64,000 nucleotides of DNA from Eubacteriales bacterium (lineage in GTDB: Bacteria > Bacillota > Clostridia > Oscillospirales > CAG-272). This document shows positions 26,364 to 35,757 of this stretch, piece after piece (within the stretch, counting starts at the first letter, position 1; every line of letters starts with the position of its first letter). The DNA lies in NCBI GenBank assembly GCA_045632285.1, contig JAZQWJ010000002.1, positions 5,155 to 69,154 on the forward strand, in the 5' to 3' direction. The translations under genes were made by a program, and so were the position numbers. A model generated the notes under the pieces. That model was not told the origin of the DNA. It made no database searches and was given only the letters and a program-made list of their open reading frames with translations.

Positions 26364-27728
26364 TCATATTTCATGTAGCCTTCCTGCTTTGAATTTGCGA
26401 TAGATCACAATAAACACGATCGAAAGCAAAACAAATTGCGTGCACCAAGAAACCGTATAGCAGAAAAACAGCATTTCGATCGAGGGCCAAATGGGGTACA
26501 AAAGCGTCATCCAGACAATACGCAGACCAAGGACCGAAAACAGGCCGCAAACGGTTTGTAAAATGGGGTATCCAAAGGCGTTCAGCACGTTGGCAAGCAA
26601 TGAGTTGACGGCACCTACGCCAAGAAACAGTGAGATGTGGCGCATGCGCACCATACCGGCGGTAACGGCAGCCTCGTCGCCCGGAATGTAAAGCCGTAGG
26701 ATCGGGCGACCGAACAGTGTAGATCCAAGACCGATGGCAGAGCTTGCGATCACCATGATCAAAAAGCAGTAAAGAATGGTTTTCTTTACACGGTCGTCTT
26801 GCTTTGCACCCAGATTTTGTCCCGCAAAGGTCATAGCGGCAGAGCCAAAGCCGTTGTGTATGCAGGAAAGCATACCCTCTAAGCTTGCGGCGGCCGTGTT
26901 ACCCGAAATCGCCGCAGGGCCAAAGCCGTTGATGGTGGACTGGATCATTAGATTGGGAATGCAGTACAGCGAGTGGGTGATAGCCGAAGGAAAGCCATAG
27001 CGCAAAATGCGCACAAGCATGCGCAGATTAAAGCTCCATTTTTTTAGGTTGATGCGGCAATCGTTCTCCATGCGCATCAAGTGGATCACAACAAGCGCGG
27101 CACTCAGTACCTGCGAGGCGAGGGTGGCGATCGCCACCGCGGCAACCTTTTGCTCCAATACCAGGCAAAGAATAACGTTCAGTACGACGTTCAAAAGGCC
27201 GGATGCGATGATATAATACAAGGGACTTTTCGTGTCGCCCGAAACGCGGATCACGGCCGAGCCGAAGTTGTACACAAGAATGGCGGGTGTGGCAAGAAAA
27301 TAGATGCGCAGATAAACGTTGGCGCCGGTCATGCATTCCTCGGGGCAGTCGGTCAGGTTTAGCAAAAGAGGAGAGAGAAGTATCCCTACCACGGCAACGA
27401 CCGTACCGATGCCTGCGGCAGCAAGAAGTGAGGTATCAACAGTCTTGCGTGTGTTTTCGCGGTCTTTGGCACCCAAAAAACGTGCCAGGATAATGTTTGT
27501 GCCGGTAGAAAAGCCGATAAACGAGTTGATCAGCAGGCCGGTGACAGCGCCTGTTACACCAACCGAGGCAACCGCCACGCTGTCGGCCATATTGCCCAGC
27601 ACCGCAATATCTACCGCATTGAACAGCAACTGGATCAGGCTACCGATGATCAATGGGATCGAAAACCGCACGATGGCAGGTAAAAGAGGCCCCGAGGTTA
27701 AAGCCAGACGCTTTTTGGCAAGGTCCAT
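26364..27728 (-). CDS. MATE-family efflux transporter
   Basis: 454 aa, 12-TM profile, N-terminus LTSGPLLPAIVRFSIPLIIGSLIQLLFNAVDIAVLG typical of MATE/NorM. Confidence 0.85.
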   Translation of the reverse strand: MDLAKKRLALTSGPLLPAIVRFSIPLIIGSLIQLLFNAVDIAVLGNMADSVAVASVGVTGAVTGLLINSFIGFSTGTNIILARFLGAKDRENTRKTVDTSLLAAAGIGTVVAVVGILLSPLLLNLTDCPEECMTGANVYLRIYFLATPAILVYNFGSAVIRVSGDTKSPLYYIIASGLLNVVLNVILCLVLEQKVAAVAIATLASQVLSAALVVIHLMRMENDCRINLKKWSFNLRMLVRILRYGFPSAITHSLYCIPNLMIQSTINGFGPAAISGNTAAASLEGMLSCIHNGFGSAAMTFAGQNLGAKQDDRVKKTILYCFLIMVIASSAIGLGSTLFGRPILRLYIPGDEAAVTAGMVRMRHISLFLGVGAVNSLLANVLNAFGYPILQTVCGLFSVLGLRIVWMTLLYPIWPSIEMLFFCYTVSWCTQFVLLSIVFIVIYRKFKAGRLHEI

Positions 27729-27758
27729 AACAGATCCTCCGTAAAAGATACTGCTATC

Positions 27759-27787
27759 ATTATGCCATTAACACGCCTAAAAGTCAA
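27759..27787 (-). promoter_or_regulatory. candidate promoter of the MATE gene
   Basis: Minus strand TTGACT-17 nt-CATAAT. Confidence 0.4.
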
Positions 27788-27799
27788 GTGATTTCCGCT

Positions 27800-27845
27800 A
27801 AAAAAGCCGGTGCCGCAGTATAATACTGTGGCACCGGCTTTTTTA
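27800..27845 (-). terminator. intrinsic terminator after addA
   Basis: GCCGGTGCCGCAGTA-TAA-TACTGTGGCACCGGC flanked by A6/T6 tracts; starts at the addA stop codon. Confidence 0.75.
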
Positions 27846-30800
27846 TATCAGATCGGTCAGATCCAGCGCCTCGCCAAGGGGCAGAGAATAGATCACGATC
27901 CTGTCGGGGCGCTTGCCGCAAATATCGGCTAACGCCTTTGCATAATACGAAAGCTGCTTGCCGTGGCGTGCGGTCAGCATTTGCGCAGCAAGTAAAGGGT
28001 CGCGCAGCTCGGCGGCAGAAAGGCGGTCTGTCTTGTAATCACATAGGATCAGCTTGCCCTCGGCATCGGTAAAAAACAGGTCGATCACGCCCTGTACGGC
28101 CAGCCGTTCATCCTTGATCTGCTCTGCAAATGCGGGGTCTTGGGTAAAATCGGCGGCGGGCAAAAAAATGTGAAAGCGCGTTTCACGGTACAACTCCTGT
28201 CCACGCAAAGAGCGGTAAAAGTTGCTTTTAAAAAAAGCCTCCAGTTCGTTTTTGCGCACGGCTTCGGTCGCTTCAGGGGAAAGAAAACGAAGGTCCGCAA
28301 GGCGCGCAAGCTCGGCGTCGACGCCATTTTTTTCGGCATAGTCAAAATCGCAAAACTGCATAAATTCGTGGGTCGCGGTGCCGCGGGCTGCGGCATTGGC
28401 AATCTTTTTTTCAAAGCAGGGGGTGCGATCAAAGCTGTGCAACAGGCGGTCAACGTCCTCGGCATTGGGTTGTGCGGCGTCGTTATCAAATACGTCCAAA
28501 ACAACGGGAGAAAGCTTGGATACCGATAGCTTTGCGGGTAGTTTGGTCAGATGCGTAAAGGGATAGACAAAATCCAACCTTTGTTGCAGTCTCTTGCAAT
28601 GCTCGTCAAAACGCTCGTCATACCTGCTTTCCTGCTCATATTCTTTGTCCTCTTGCTTCAGCAATTCAAATACAGCAATGCGGTCGCCAAACAAAAGCTC
28701 GTTGGCATCTACAGTGCAGATCTCCGCAAAGCTTCCGTAATTGCCGTGACTTTCTAACGCAGTCAGGATCCATTCCAGCATTGAGGAGCCTTTTGTGGCA
28801 AAAAACGAGGTTTCTTTTGTCGCATAAAGCGACGCGCGGTCGATCAGCTTTTGGGCGCGGCCGCGCGGTGTGCCGGTGACGTAAAGCATTTCCTTGGCGC
28901 GAGTCATCGCTACGTACAGCACGCGCATTTCTTCTTCGCGGTTTTGGCGCAGGATCTCAAGCGAGATGGCCTTTCTGAAAAAGGTGTCTGTGCGCGAAAA
29001 CGGCCCTGCGTTGCAGAGCTTTGTGGCGCAGCCAAGGTATTCGTCGGCCAAAAGCTGAGGCTTCAGATCGTCACTGTTCAAGATCGATCCCGTGCCCGCA
29101 ACAAAGCAAACGGGGTATTGAAGGCCCTTGGAGTGGTGGATGGTGATCAGCGAAACGGCGTTGGCCTCGCCGTCGGGGGCGGGCATTTTTGTACCGTTTT
29201 TCATAATGTCATCTACGTAGCGCACAAATTGATACAGCCCCTTGAATCCGCTGGACTCAAAGGTGCGCGCATATTCGTAAAGACGGCGTAGATTGCCCTT
29301 GCGTACGTGGGTGCCGTTGTCCTGCTCCTCATAGCCGGCAAAGGCCATTACGCCGGTGTCGCGATACAGATAACGGATCAGCTTGTCCACGGGCAGTGAC
29401 TGCGCTTTTTGACGATAAGTGGCAAAACGGGTAGAGAAAACGCCTATTTTTTTAATCAAGCCATCGGGGAGATCAGTGCTTGCTGCGGCGGTCTCCAAAG
29501 CCTCGTAAAGAGAGAACGAGCTGTCGGCACAGCCACGGATCTGCACCAGATCCTCCAGCGAAAAGTCAAAAAAGGGAGAGCGAAGCGTGGCCGCCAAATA
29601 TATGTCGCGCAGGGGATTGTCAATAGCGGCCAGCAGGCTGTACATACAAAGGATCTCGGGGTTTTCAAAAAAACGCTGCTGCGAGGTGTCGTTGGTGGGG
29701 ATATAGCGCGCGGCCAGCTCCTTGGCTAAGGGCTTAGCCAAGGCCGTGCTGCGCATCAGCACAGCAAAATCCTTTGGCTCAAAGGGCAGGCCGTTCACCT
29801 TCTTGCCTGTGTTTAAAAGCTTTGCGATCTCATCGGCGATCATTTTGGCCTCTAACACAAGGCCCGCAACGGCTTCGCCCTCTTCTTCCTCGTCCTCTTC
29901 CTTTTTGGGGCGGTCAAGTATCATCACCTTGCAGCGGGGCTCTAAGCACGCAGGATATTCGCGAGTTTTGGCGTAATGGAGATCGTCCTCTCGTGTATAA
30001 CCAATGCTTTCGGCATTATGAGAGAACAAATACCCCGAAACGGTATTGGAAAAGTTGATGATCTTTTCGTCACAGCGGAAGCAATCGGACATAAAGATCA
30101 TGGCCTCGTCGTCCTGCTCGTTTGCGCTTTCTATCAAGGGAAAGCGCTTGCGATAAGAGGCAAATACCGCAGGCTGCGCACCGCGAAAGCGATAGATGCT
30201 TTGCTTGATGTCGCCTACCATAAAGCGGTTGTTTGGCTTGGAAATAGCGCGGAAGGTGGCATCCTGCATTGCATCCACGTCCTGATATTCATCAATATAA
30301 ATGGCGTCAAATTGATCCGAAATTTTTTGGGCCAGCGCGGTCGGCTCGCCGTCGGGGCCAACCAGCAGCTTATAGGCAGCGCGGGAAATATCAGAAAACT
30401 CTGCGATCTCACGCTGCTGCTTGGCGGCTCGATAGCGTTCTGTAAAGCGCTTCAGGGTCGTGTAAAGCAAGCGCAGGACCTCCGCGGATTCCTTGGACGT
30501 CTCTAATATCTCTGCCAAGTCGTAGGCGCCGAGGGGAAGGACTTCCTTTTTCCAAATGTCGCGGAATTCCAGTGTCAGCTTGCGGAGGTGCTTAAAGGAT
30601 TCCTCACAGGTCGGAAAGCTTCCTTTTCCCGTGGCGCTTGTAATGGGGGCACCGATCTCACGCCGAATGGCATCGTAATCCTGTGCCTCTATACCCGCAA
30701 GCGCACCCGCGCAATGATCGCGCATCTCGTTATAAAGTGCGCCAAGGCGCTCGGTCAGCTTTTGTGCATTTTTTTCGGCAGCCATTTTTTCTAGCGCCTC

Positions 30801-31478
30801 GGTATACAGCAAAAGACCGTATTTCGCATACCGTTCCACGGCTTTTTGCCAGATCTCGCCAAATTTTGTGTGCAAAATATCGGTGGCGCCCTCCTCGATC
30901 TCCTTGGCAGAGCGCAAAAGGATAGAAATACTTTCCGGATATTTGTTCAGCCGCTCATAAACGGCGATCAGCGCCTCACTCAGAGAGCTTTCCTGCCTGA
31001 TATTGCAAAAAATATCAGAAATGCGGTCAAAATCGGTGTCAGCCGCAAACATCTCGTCTACGGTGTCGTCCATGATCTCGCGGCGCAGGGGATTTAGCTC
31101 CGCATCGTCCGAAAGGCGGAAGGAAGGGGGCATTTCTGCGGCCTGAAAATTGGATTTGACAAGATCCAGATAAAACGAGTCGATGGTAGAGATGTGTGCG
31201 CTGCCAAGCAGCATCAGTTGTCTTGAAAGATGCTCCTTGTCCTCAGAAAGGGCCAACTCCTTGGTCAGCGCCTCAGAAATGCGCGAGCGTAGCTCGCCGG
31301 CTGCGGCGCGGGTAAAGGTCACGATCAAAAAACGGGAAATGTCGCCCTTTTCGTGGGTCAGAATATTGATGATGCGCTGCGTCAGCACCGCAGTCTTTCC
31401 CGAGCCTGCCGCGGCGGATACAAGCAGGGTACGCCCGCGCTCAGACAAGGCCAGCTCTTGTGCGTGGGTCCAAGGCAT
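27843..31478 (-). CDS. addA: ATP-dependent helicase/nuclease subunit A
   Basis: UvrD-type Walker A VSAAAGSGKTAVLT, about 1211 aa, C-terminal RecB-type nuclease region; start at MPWTHAQ after AAAGGAG, 5 nt after addB stop. Confidence 0.9.
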   Translation of the reverse strand: MPWTHAQELALSERGRTLLVSAAAGSGKTAVLTQRIINILTHEKGDISRFLIVTFTRAAAGELRSRISEALTKELALSEDKEHLSRQLMLLGSAHISTIDSFYLDLVKSNFQAAEMPPSFRLSDDAELNPLRREIMDDTVDEMFAADTDFDRISDIFCNIRQESSLSEALIAVYERLNKYPESISILLRSAKEIEEGATDILHTKFGEIWQKAVERYAKYGLLLYTEALEKMAAEKNAQKLTERLGALYNEMRDHCAGALAGIEAQDYDAIRREIGAPITSATGKGSFPTCEESFKHLRKLTLEFRDIWKKEVLPLGAYDLAEILETSKESAEVLRLLYTTLKRFTERYRAAKQQREIAEFSDISRAAYKLLVGPDGEPTALAQKISDQFDAIYIDEYQDVDAMQDATFRAISKPNNRFMVGDIKQSIYRFRGAQPAVFASYRKRFPLIESANEQDDEAMIFMSDCFRCDEKIINFSNTVSGYLFSHNAESIGYTREDDLHYAKTREYPACLEPRCKVMILDRPKKEEDEEEEGEAVAGLVLEAKMIADEIAKLLNTGKKVNGLPFEPKDFAVLMRSTALAKPLAKELAARYIPTNDTSQQRFFENPEILCMYSLLAAIDNPLRDIYLAATLRSPFFDFSLEDLVQIRGCADSSFSLYEALETAAASTDLPDGLIKKIGVFSTRFATYRQKAQSLPVDKLIRYLYRDTGVMAFAGYEEQDNGTHVRKGNLRRLYEYARTFESSGFKGLYQFVRYVDDIMKNGTKMPAPDGEANAVSLITIHHSKGLQYPVCFVAGTGSILNSDDLKPQLLADEYLGCATKLCNAGPFSRTDTFFRKAISLEILRQNREEEMRVLYVAMTRAKEMLYVTGTPRGRAQKLIDRASLYATKETSFFATKGSSMLEWILTALESHGNYGSFAEICTVDANELLFGDRIAVFELLKQEDKEYEQESRYDERFDEHCKRLQQRLDFVYPFTHLTKLPAKLSVSKLSPVVLDVFDNDAAQPNAEDVDRLLHSFDRTPCFEKKIANAAARGTATHEFMQFCDFDYAEKNGVDAELARLADLRFLSPEATEAVRKNELEAFFKSNFYRSLRGQELYRETRFHIFLPAADFTQDPAFAEQIKDERLAVQGVIDLFFTDAEGKLILCDYKTDRLSAAELRDPLLAAQMLTARHGKQLSYYAKALADICGKRPDRIVIYSLPLGEALDLTDLI

Positions 31479-31483
31479 TTTGA

Positions 31484-34400
31484 TCACTCCTTTCCTTTTT
31501 GTGCCGCTCTGCAAACGGCAATATAAGCGCAATATTCACAAGGAGAGGTGCCTCCGTGTGCCAATGGGCTTACGTCGGCATCTCCGCTTCGCATACGGGT
31601 GGCAATGCGGCCGATCGAGCCCTCCAGAGATTCAAACAGGGCGTCAAATTGCTCGCTTGAAAGAGCAGTTTGCGTTTTGCTGCGCGAGCTGCCCAAAATG
31701 CTCTTGTTGCCCGAGGTCGACATGGCATAGCGAACGTCCTCGTCCTGCAGCAAAAGGCCCTCGCGGTTTAGGCGTTCTACGGCATCTGCCATCGCTGTTT
31801 CGCGGTCTTTTTTGCACTCGGTCTTTTCTGTGCTGATGTTTGAGGAAAGATACGTGATGCCGGCCGGCAGAAAGGGTGTGTTTTCGGGCAGACCCAATCG
31901 GTGGCAAAGTGCGTTGTGCTGTCCGCGGCACAATGCCAGCAGATACAGCGGCATTTGCAGACAAAAGCCCTTTTCCACGTCCTCCAGCCGAAAGCTTTTA
32001 GAGCCGGTTTTATAGTCTGTCACACGCAAAAATACGCGTCCGTCCTCTGCTTGCCAATAGTCTACGCGGTCGATCTGACCCGATAGCGGAATGCGCTCTC
32101 CGTCCGGCATTGTTACGGCCGCGTTCTCACCGATCTCGGCAAGGCTCAGCTCCAAAAACGCAGGGGAGAACAGACTGTCCGAAAATTCGGCAAACAACCC
32201 GGAAACGATCAGCTTTGCCAGCTCTGACAGACGGCGGAACAGCGCCTCTGTCCTTGGGGTAAGCTCGCCGCCTGCACGTATCAACTCTTGGCGATAGGCG
32301 TTACAGCTTTTTTGCACCAGCTCTGCCTGCATCTCGGCGTTCATTGAGGAAAAAAGAGAACGGTCTTGCTTTACGGCGTTCATCACCTGCTCCAGCACGT
32401 GATGTATAAAGCTACCGGTCTCAGCCGACGACATCGTGCCGTCGGCCTCCTCTCGCAGCTTCAGGATCTTACTGCAATAGTATTTAAAGCGACAGGAGGC
32501 ATAGTTTTCTAAGTGCGTCGGATTAAATTTTCCGCGTTCAAACAGCTTTTTCGCCGTTTCGGGGGAAACGCGCGCGCGGCGCTCTACCGTGTTTACGCCG
32601 TTGCCCACAGAATGCAGTATCTCCTTGGGCAGCAGTGCCTTTTGCATATCGGGGAGCTCGGTAAAGGCTTCTATAGCGCCGTTTCGCGTAAAGACGCGCT
32701 CAATATGCGGGATGCTTGCAAAGGTTTTTTCTTGCAGCTGAGGGAAAAGTGCGTGCACGCGAGAAAGCACTACGGAGGGGGAAAGCGCACGTCCGTCGGT
32801 GCCGTGAAGCGAATAGAAAAGAAAGAGGCCGTCTCGGGGCGCAGACAGTGCGCGATATGCGTAAAACAGCTCGTCTGACATCTTCTTTTCGTTTCCCGAG
32901 GGGAATTCAATACCAAGCTCGGTCAGTCGGCGGCAATCTGCCTCCCCCAAAAGTCCGTCATCCTTAACGGTGGCAGGAAAAACACCGTCGTTCAGTCCCG
33001 CGATCAGCACAAAACGGGGGTGATCGGCACGGAGCATCGAGGCCGAGCCAATGGTGACCTCATCGGCAGAGGTGGGGATCGAGCCGATGTCGGTGTGACT
33101 GAATACCAGCTTTAAGGCATCTGCAAATTCCGCAACGGACATGGGGCGATCACCCATTGCGGCAGAGATCGATTCCAGCGCGTCTACCGTTACGTTATAA
33201 AGGCGTGACAGCTCTTCGGCCTCACGTCGCTCGCCTGCTTGCAACTGCTCATGGGCCTGCTTACGCAGCTTTTCGGGGATGTCAAGGATGTTCAAAAAAT
33301 CAAATATCGCGCGGCAAAGATCGGTCACACATTTTGCGTTGTTCAGTGCTGAAAACAAAGAGACAAGGGGCGGGACCACCGCTTCTCGCACGCGGTTAGA
33401 GGCCTCTAAGATGCGGGCACCGCGGGGTGAGATCGTGGTTTTAAAACCGTCTGGGTTTTTGGAAAACGGAGCGGAGGTGTAAGCCTTTTCACCCTTTAAA
33501 CGCCAAACGGAAAGGTATTCTTCAAACAAATTAACGTCTGTTTGCGAAATGCCGCACAGCCCCGTTTTCAAATAACTGACAACGTCCTCTGCTCTCCAGC
33601 AGCGCCGGTGTATATGCAGGGCACCCAAGATCAGCTTGATCAGCGGTCGCAGTGTAATATCGGTCTTTTCCGAGATAAAGCAGGGGATCCCTTCGCGTTC
33701 AAGAGCGTCGTCAAGGATGCCGTTCCAAGATGTTGCGTCTCGTACCACAACAGCAATGTCGCGATAGCGGCAGCCCGTTCGGATAAGGCGGTGGATCTGT
33801 GTGGCAATGGCGGTCGCCTCTTCAAAGGGGGAGTCGCAGGCATATATTTTAACGATCTTGCCGTGGGCCATAGAAAGAGGAGCCTTTTCGGCACTCATTT
33901 TGAAAATGTTTTGCGAAAGATACGTCAAAATATTCTGCGGAGCCTCGGTCATTTCCTCCTCATAATACACACGCAGACCAAGTGATTTGGCCATTGCAAA
34001 CAGTTTTTTGTGGGTCTGCAGCACCGAGGTCAGGTGTAAACCCTCCGTTGCGTTGTGATCGGTGAGCGGAAAAGTGACAGAGACTGTGGGGGCAGCCTTC
34101 ATGATCGCGCGGATCACGGCCATTTCCTGCGCTGTAAAATCGGTAAAGGAGTCAATGTAGACGTGGGTGTTGTGCAAAAGCTCCTTGCCACTTTCCTCCA
34201 GCTTTTCGGCAAGCCTTGTCAGATCATCCTTGCCGTTTTCAAATTTTTCGCCAAGGCGCAGCTCAAACGTAGAAAGGATCAGTCCGATATCGTTCAGTTT
34301 GTCCCGTAACGGGTCGTTTTCGGGCAACGTCTCCGCTGCCTCCAGTAGCGCCTCGGGCGTTATGCAAGCTGCCTTGCAGCGGGATGCGGTCGCAAGCATC

Positions 34401-34756
34401 AGCTGACAAAGCGAGCTGTCCTTAGCGGCGGCTTGACCGTATTGTCGCAAGCAAACCGAGACCTCGTTCAGCGCTTGCCACATATAAAGTGCAGACACGG
34501 CCGGACTTGCCGCGTGATGAGAAAGGCCGCCCAAACGGCGAAAAACGCGGTTGGCCAGGCGAGAAAAATTCAACACCTCAAAGGTCAGCTGCGTAGCGGG
34601 GGGCAGCAGCTCCAGCATGCGCCGTTCTACGCTGACAGTTTCCTGCTCGGGCACCAGCAGGATCGCGTGGCCACCGGCCGCAAGATCCTCTTTGATGCAA
34701 TCGGTCAGTTTTTTCTTTGTGCCTTCACTGCCGGCACCGTAAAAAAAGCGGATCAT
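31484..34756 (-). CDS. addB: ATP-dependent helicase/nuclease subunit B
   Basis: About 1090 aa upstream partner of addA; C-terminal Cys set (YASCRFKYYC ... SPCEYCAYIAVC) as in the AddB Fe-S nuclease domain; ATG overlaps queG stop (ATGA). Confidence 0.85.
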   Translation of the reverse strand: MIRFFYGAGSEGTKKKLTDCIKEDLAAGGHAILLVPEQETVSVERRMLELLPPATQLTFEVLNFSRLANRVFRRLGGLSHHAASPAVSALYMWQALNEVSVCLRQYGQAAAKDSSLCQLMLATASRCKAACITPEALLEAAETLPENDPLRDKLNDIGLILSTFELRLGEKFENGKDDLTRLAEKLEESGKELLHNTHVYIDSFTDFTAQEMAVIRAIMKAAPTVSVTFPLTDHNATEGLHLTSVLQTHKKLFAMAKSLGLRVYYEEEMTEAPQNILTYLSQNIFKMSAEKAPLSMAHGKIVKIYACDSPFEEATAIATQIHRLIRTGCRYRDIAVVVRDATSWNGILDDALEREGIPCFISEKTDITLRPLIKLILGALHIHRRCWRAEDVVSYLKTGLCGISQTDVNLFEEYLSVWRLKGEKAYTSAPFSKNPDGFKTTISPRGARILEASNRVREAVVPPLVSLFSALNNAKCVTDLCRAIFDFLNILDIPEKLRKQAHEQLQAGERREAEELSRLYNVTVDALESISAAMGDRPMSVAEFADALKLVFSHTDIGSIPTSADEVTIGSASMLRADHPRFVLIAGLNDGVFPATVKDDGLLGEADCRRLTELGIEFPSGNEKKMSDELFYAYRALSAPRDGLFLFYSLHGTDGRALSPSVVLSRVHALFPQLQEKTFASIPHIERVFTRNGAIEAFTELPDMQKALLPKEILHSVGNGVNTVERRARVSPETAKKLFERGKFNPTHLENYASCRFKYYCSKILKLREEADGTMSSAETGSFIHHVLEQVMNAVKQDRSLFSSMNAEMQAELVQKSCNAYRQELIRAGGELTPRTEALFRRLSELAKLIVSGLFAEFSDSLFSPAFLELSLAEIGENAAVTMPDGERIPLSGQIDRVDYWQAEDGRVFLRVTDYKTGSKSFRLEDVEKGFCLQMPLYLLALCRGQHNALCHRLGLPENTPFLPAGITYLSSNISTEKTECKKDRETAMADAVERLNREGLLLQDEDVRYAMSTSGNKSILGSSRSKTQTALSSEQFDALFESLEGSIGRIATRMRSGDADVSPLAHGGTSPCEYCAYIAVCRAAQKGKE

Positions 34757-35577
34757 CTTTCGTTTCCTTTCTCCAAAATATCTAAATTGCGCAGGATCGC
34801 CGCACGGCCGCGCCAACTGTAAGCCCTCTCCCGAAATGCTGCGTCATCCATCGCCTCAATGTCCATGGCGGTGACGTGGGGAAGGGGGGCTTTTTTGAAA
34901 AAGTCAATGCTTGTGTAAAGGGTGCCGTTGGCCCTCGCTTGCTTGGTTACGGGGCAAGCCGTTTGGCAACGGTCGCAGCCCCAAGCAAGGCCGTGCTTCC
35001 GCAGCAAAAAGCTTTCCGCTTCTTGCAGCGTGCCCTTTTTTTGCGTCAGGGCAGAAAGACATTCCGCTTTACGCAGTTCAACAGGACAGGCGGCAGTGCA
35101 GGCTCTGCAGGCAGCACACAGGCTCGGTTCGTGTACGGGCGCATCGATCACAGCATCGGTTATGATCTCGCCCAAAAACACGTAGGAGCTATGGCGTTTG
35201 GTCAAAAGCAATCCGTTACAGCCGATCTGTCCAAGCCCTGCCTTAGCGGCAGCCTCCACCTCTACAATGGGCGAGTGATCGGAAAAGCCGACAAAGCAAT
35301 TTTGAGGAAATGCCGTGCGCAATGTGGGCAATATTGCATCAAACAGCTGTGCAAAAAACAAATGATAATCCCTTGATACCGCATATGCGGAAATATTTCT
35401 TGCGGGATCGTCACAAAATGTGGTATAATAAGGTACGACAAACAAAAAGGCCGTTCCGTCCTTGATGCCCTCGCGCTCCAGCAGATAGGGCCGCGCGAGA
35501 CTGCAATCACGCAGAGAAATGGGCGCACACGCCGAAATGCCGTGCGCAGAAAGTAGAGCCGATATCAGATCTTGCAT
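34753..35577 (-). CDS. queG: epoxyqueuosine reductase (short form)
   Basis: Two ferredoxin-type motifs CAACRACTAACP and CDRCQTACP after a DUF1730-like N-terminal region. Confidence 0.7.
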   Translation of the reverse strand: MQDLISALLSAHGISACAPISLRDCSLARPYLLEREGIKDGTAFLFVVPYYTTFCDDPARNISAYAVSRDYHLFFAQLFDAILPTLRTAFPQNCFVGFSDHSPIVEVEAAAKAGLGQIGCNGLLLTKRHSSYVFLGEIITDAVIDAPVHEPSLCAACRACTAACPVELRKAECLSALTQKKGTLQEAESFLLRKHGLAWGCDRCQTACPVTKQARANGTLYTSIDFFKKAPLPHVTAMDIEAMDDAAFRERAYSWRGRAAILRNLDILEKGNER

Positions 35578-35595
35578 AGCGGTACCCCCTTTAAA

Positions 35596-35627
35596 TGCTA
35601 TAATTAATTATTAAATTAATTATAGCA
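35596..35627. promoter_or_regulatory. AT-rich perfect palindrome (operator candidate)
   Basis: TGCTATAATTAAT-TATTAA-ATTAATTATAGCA, 13-bp perfect arms. Confidence 0.55.
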
Positions 35628-35647
35628 TAAGCGGATCTTTATTGCAA
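35619..35647 (-). promoter_or_regulatory. sigma-A promoter of queG-addB-addA
   Basis: Minus strand TTGCAA-17 nt-TATAAT with TGC extended -10; the -10 box lies inside the 35596-35627 palindrome. Confidence 0.55.
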
Positions 35648-35757
35648 GAGGGGGCGCGCCTTTCTCTTCAAATTCATTCCATTTTTGCTCGTCTTTCATC
35701 AAATCTTCACAAATCCCCGCTATACTGAAATCATAAAAACAAAAGGAGTGTGTGAAA

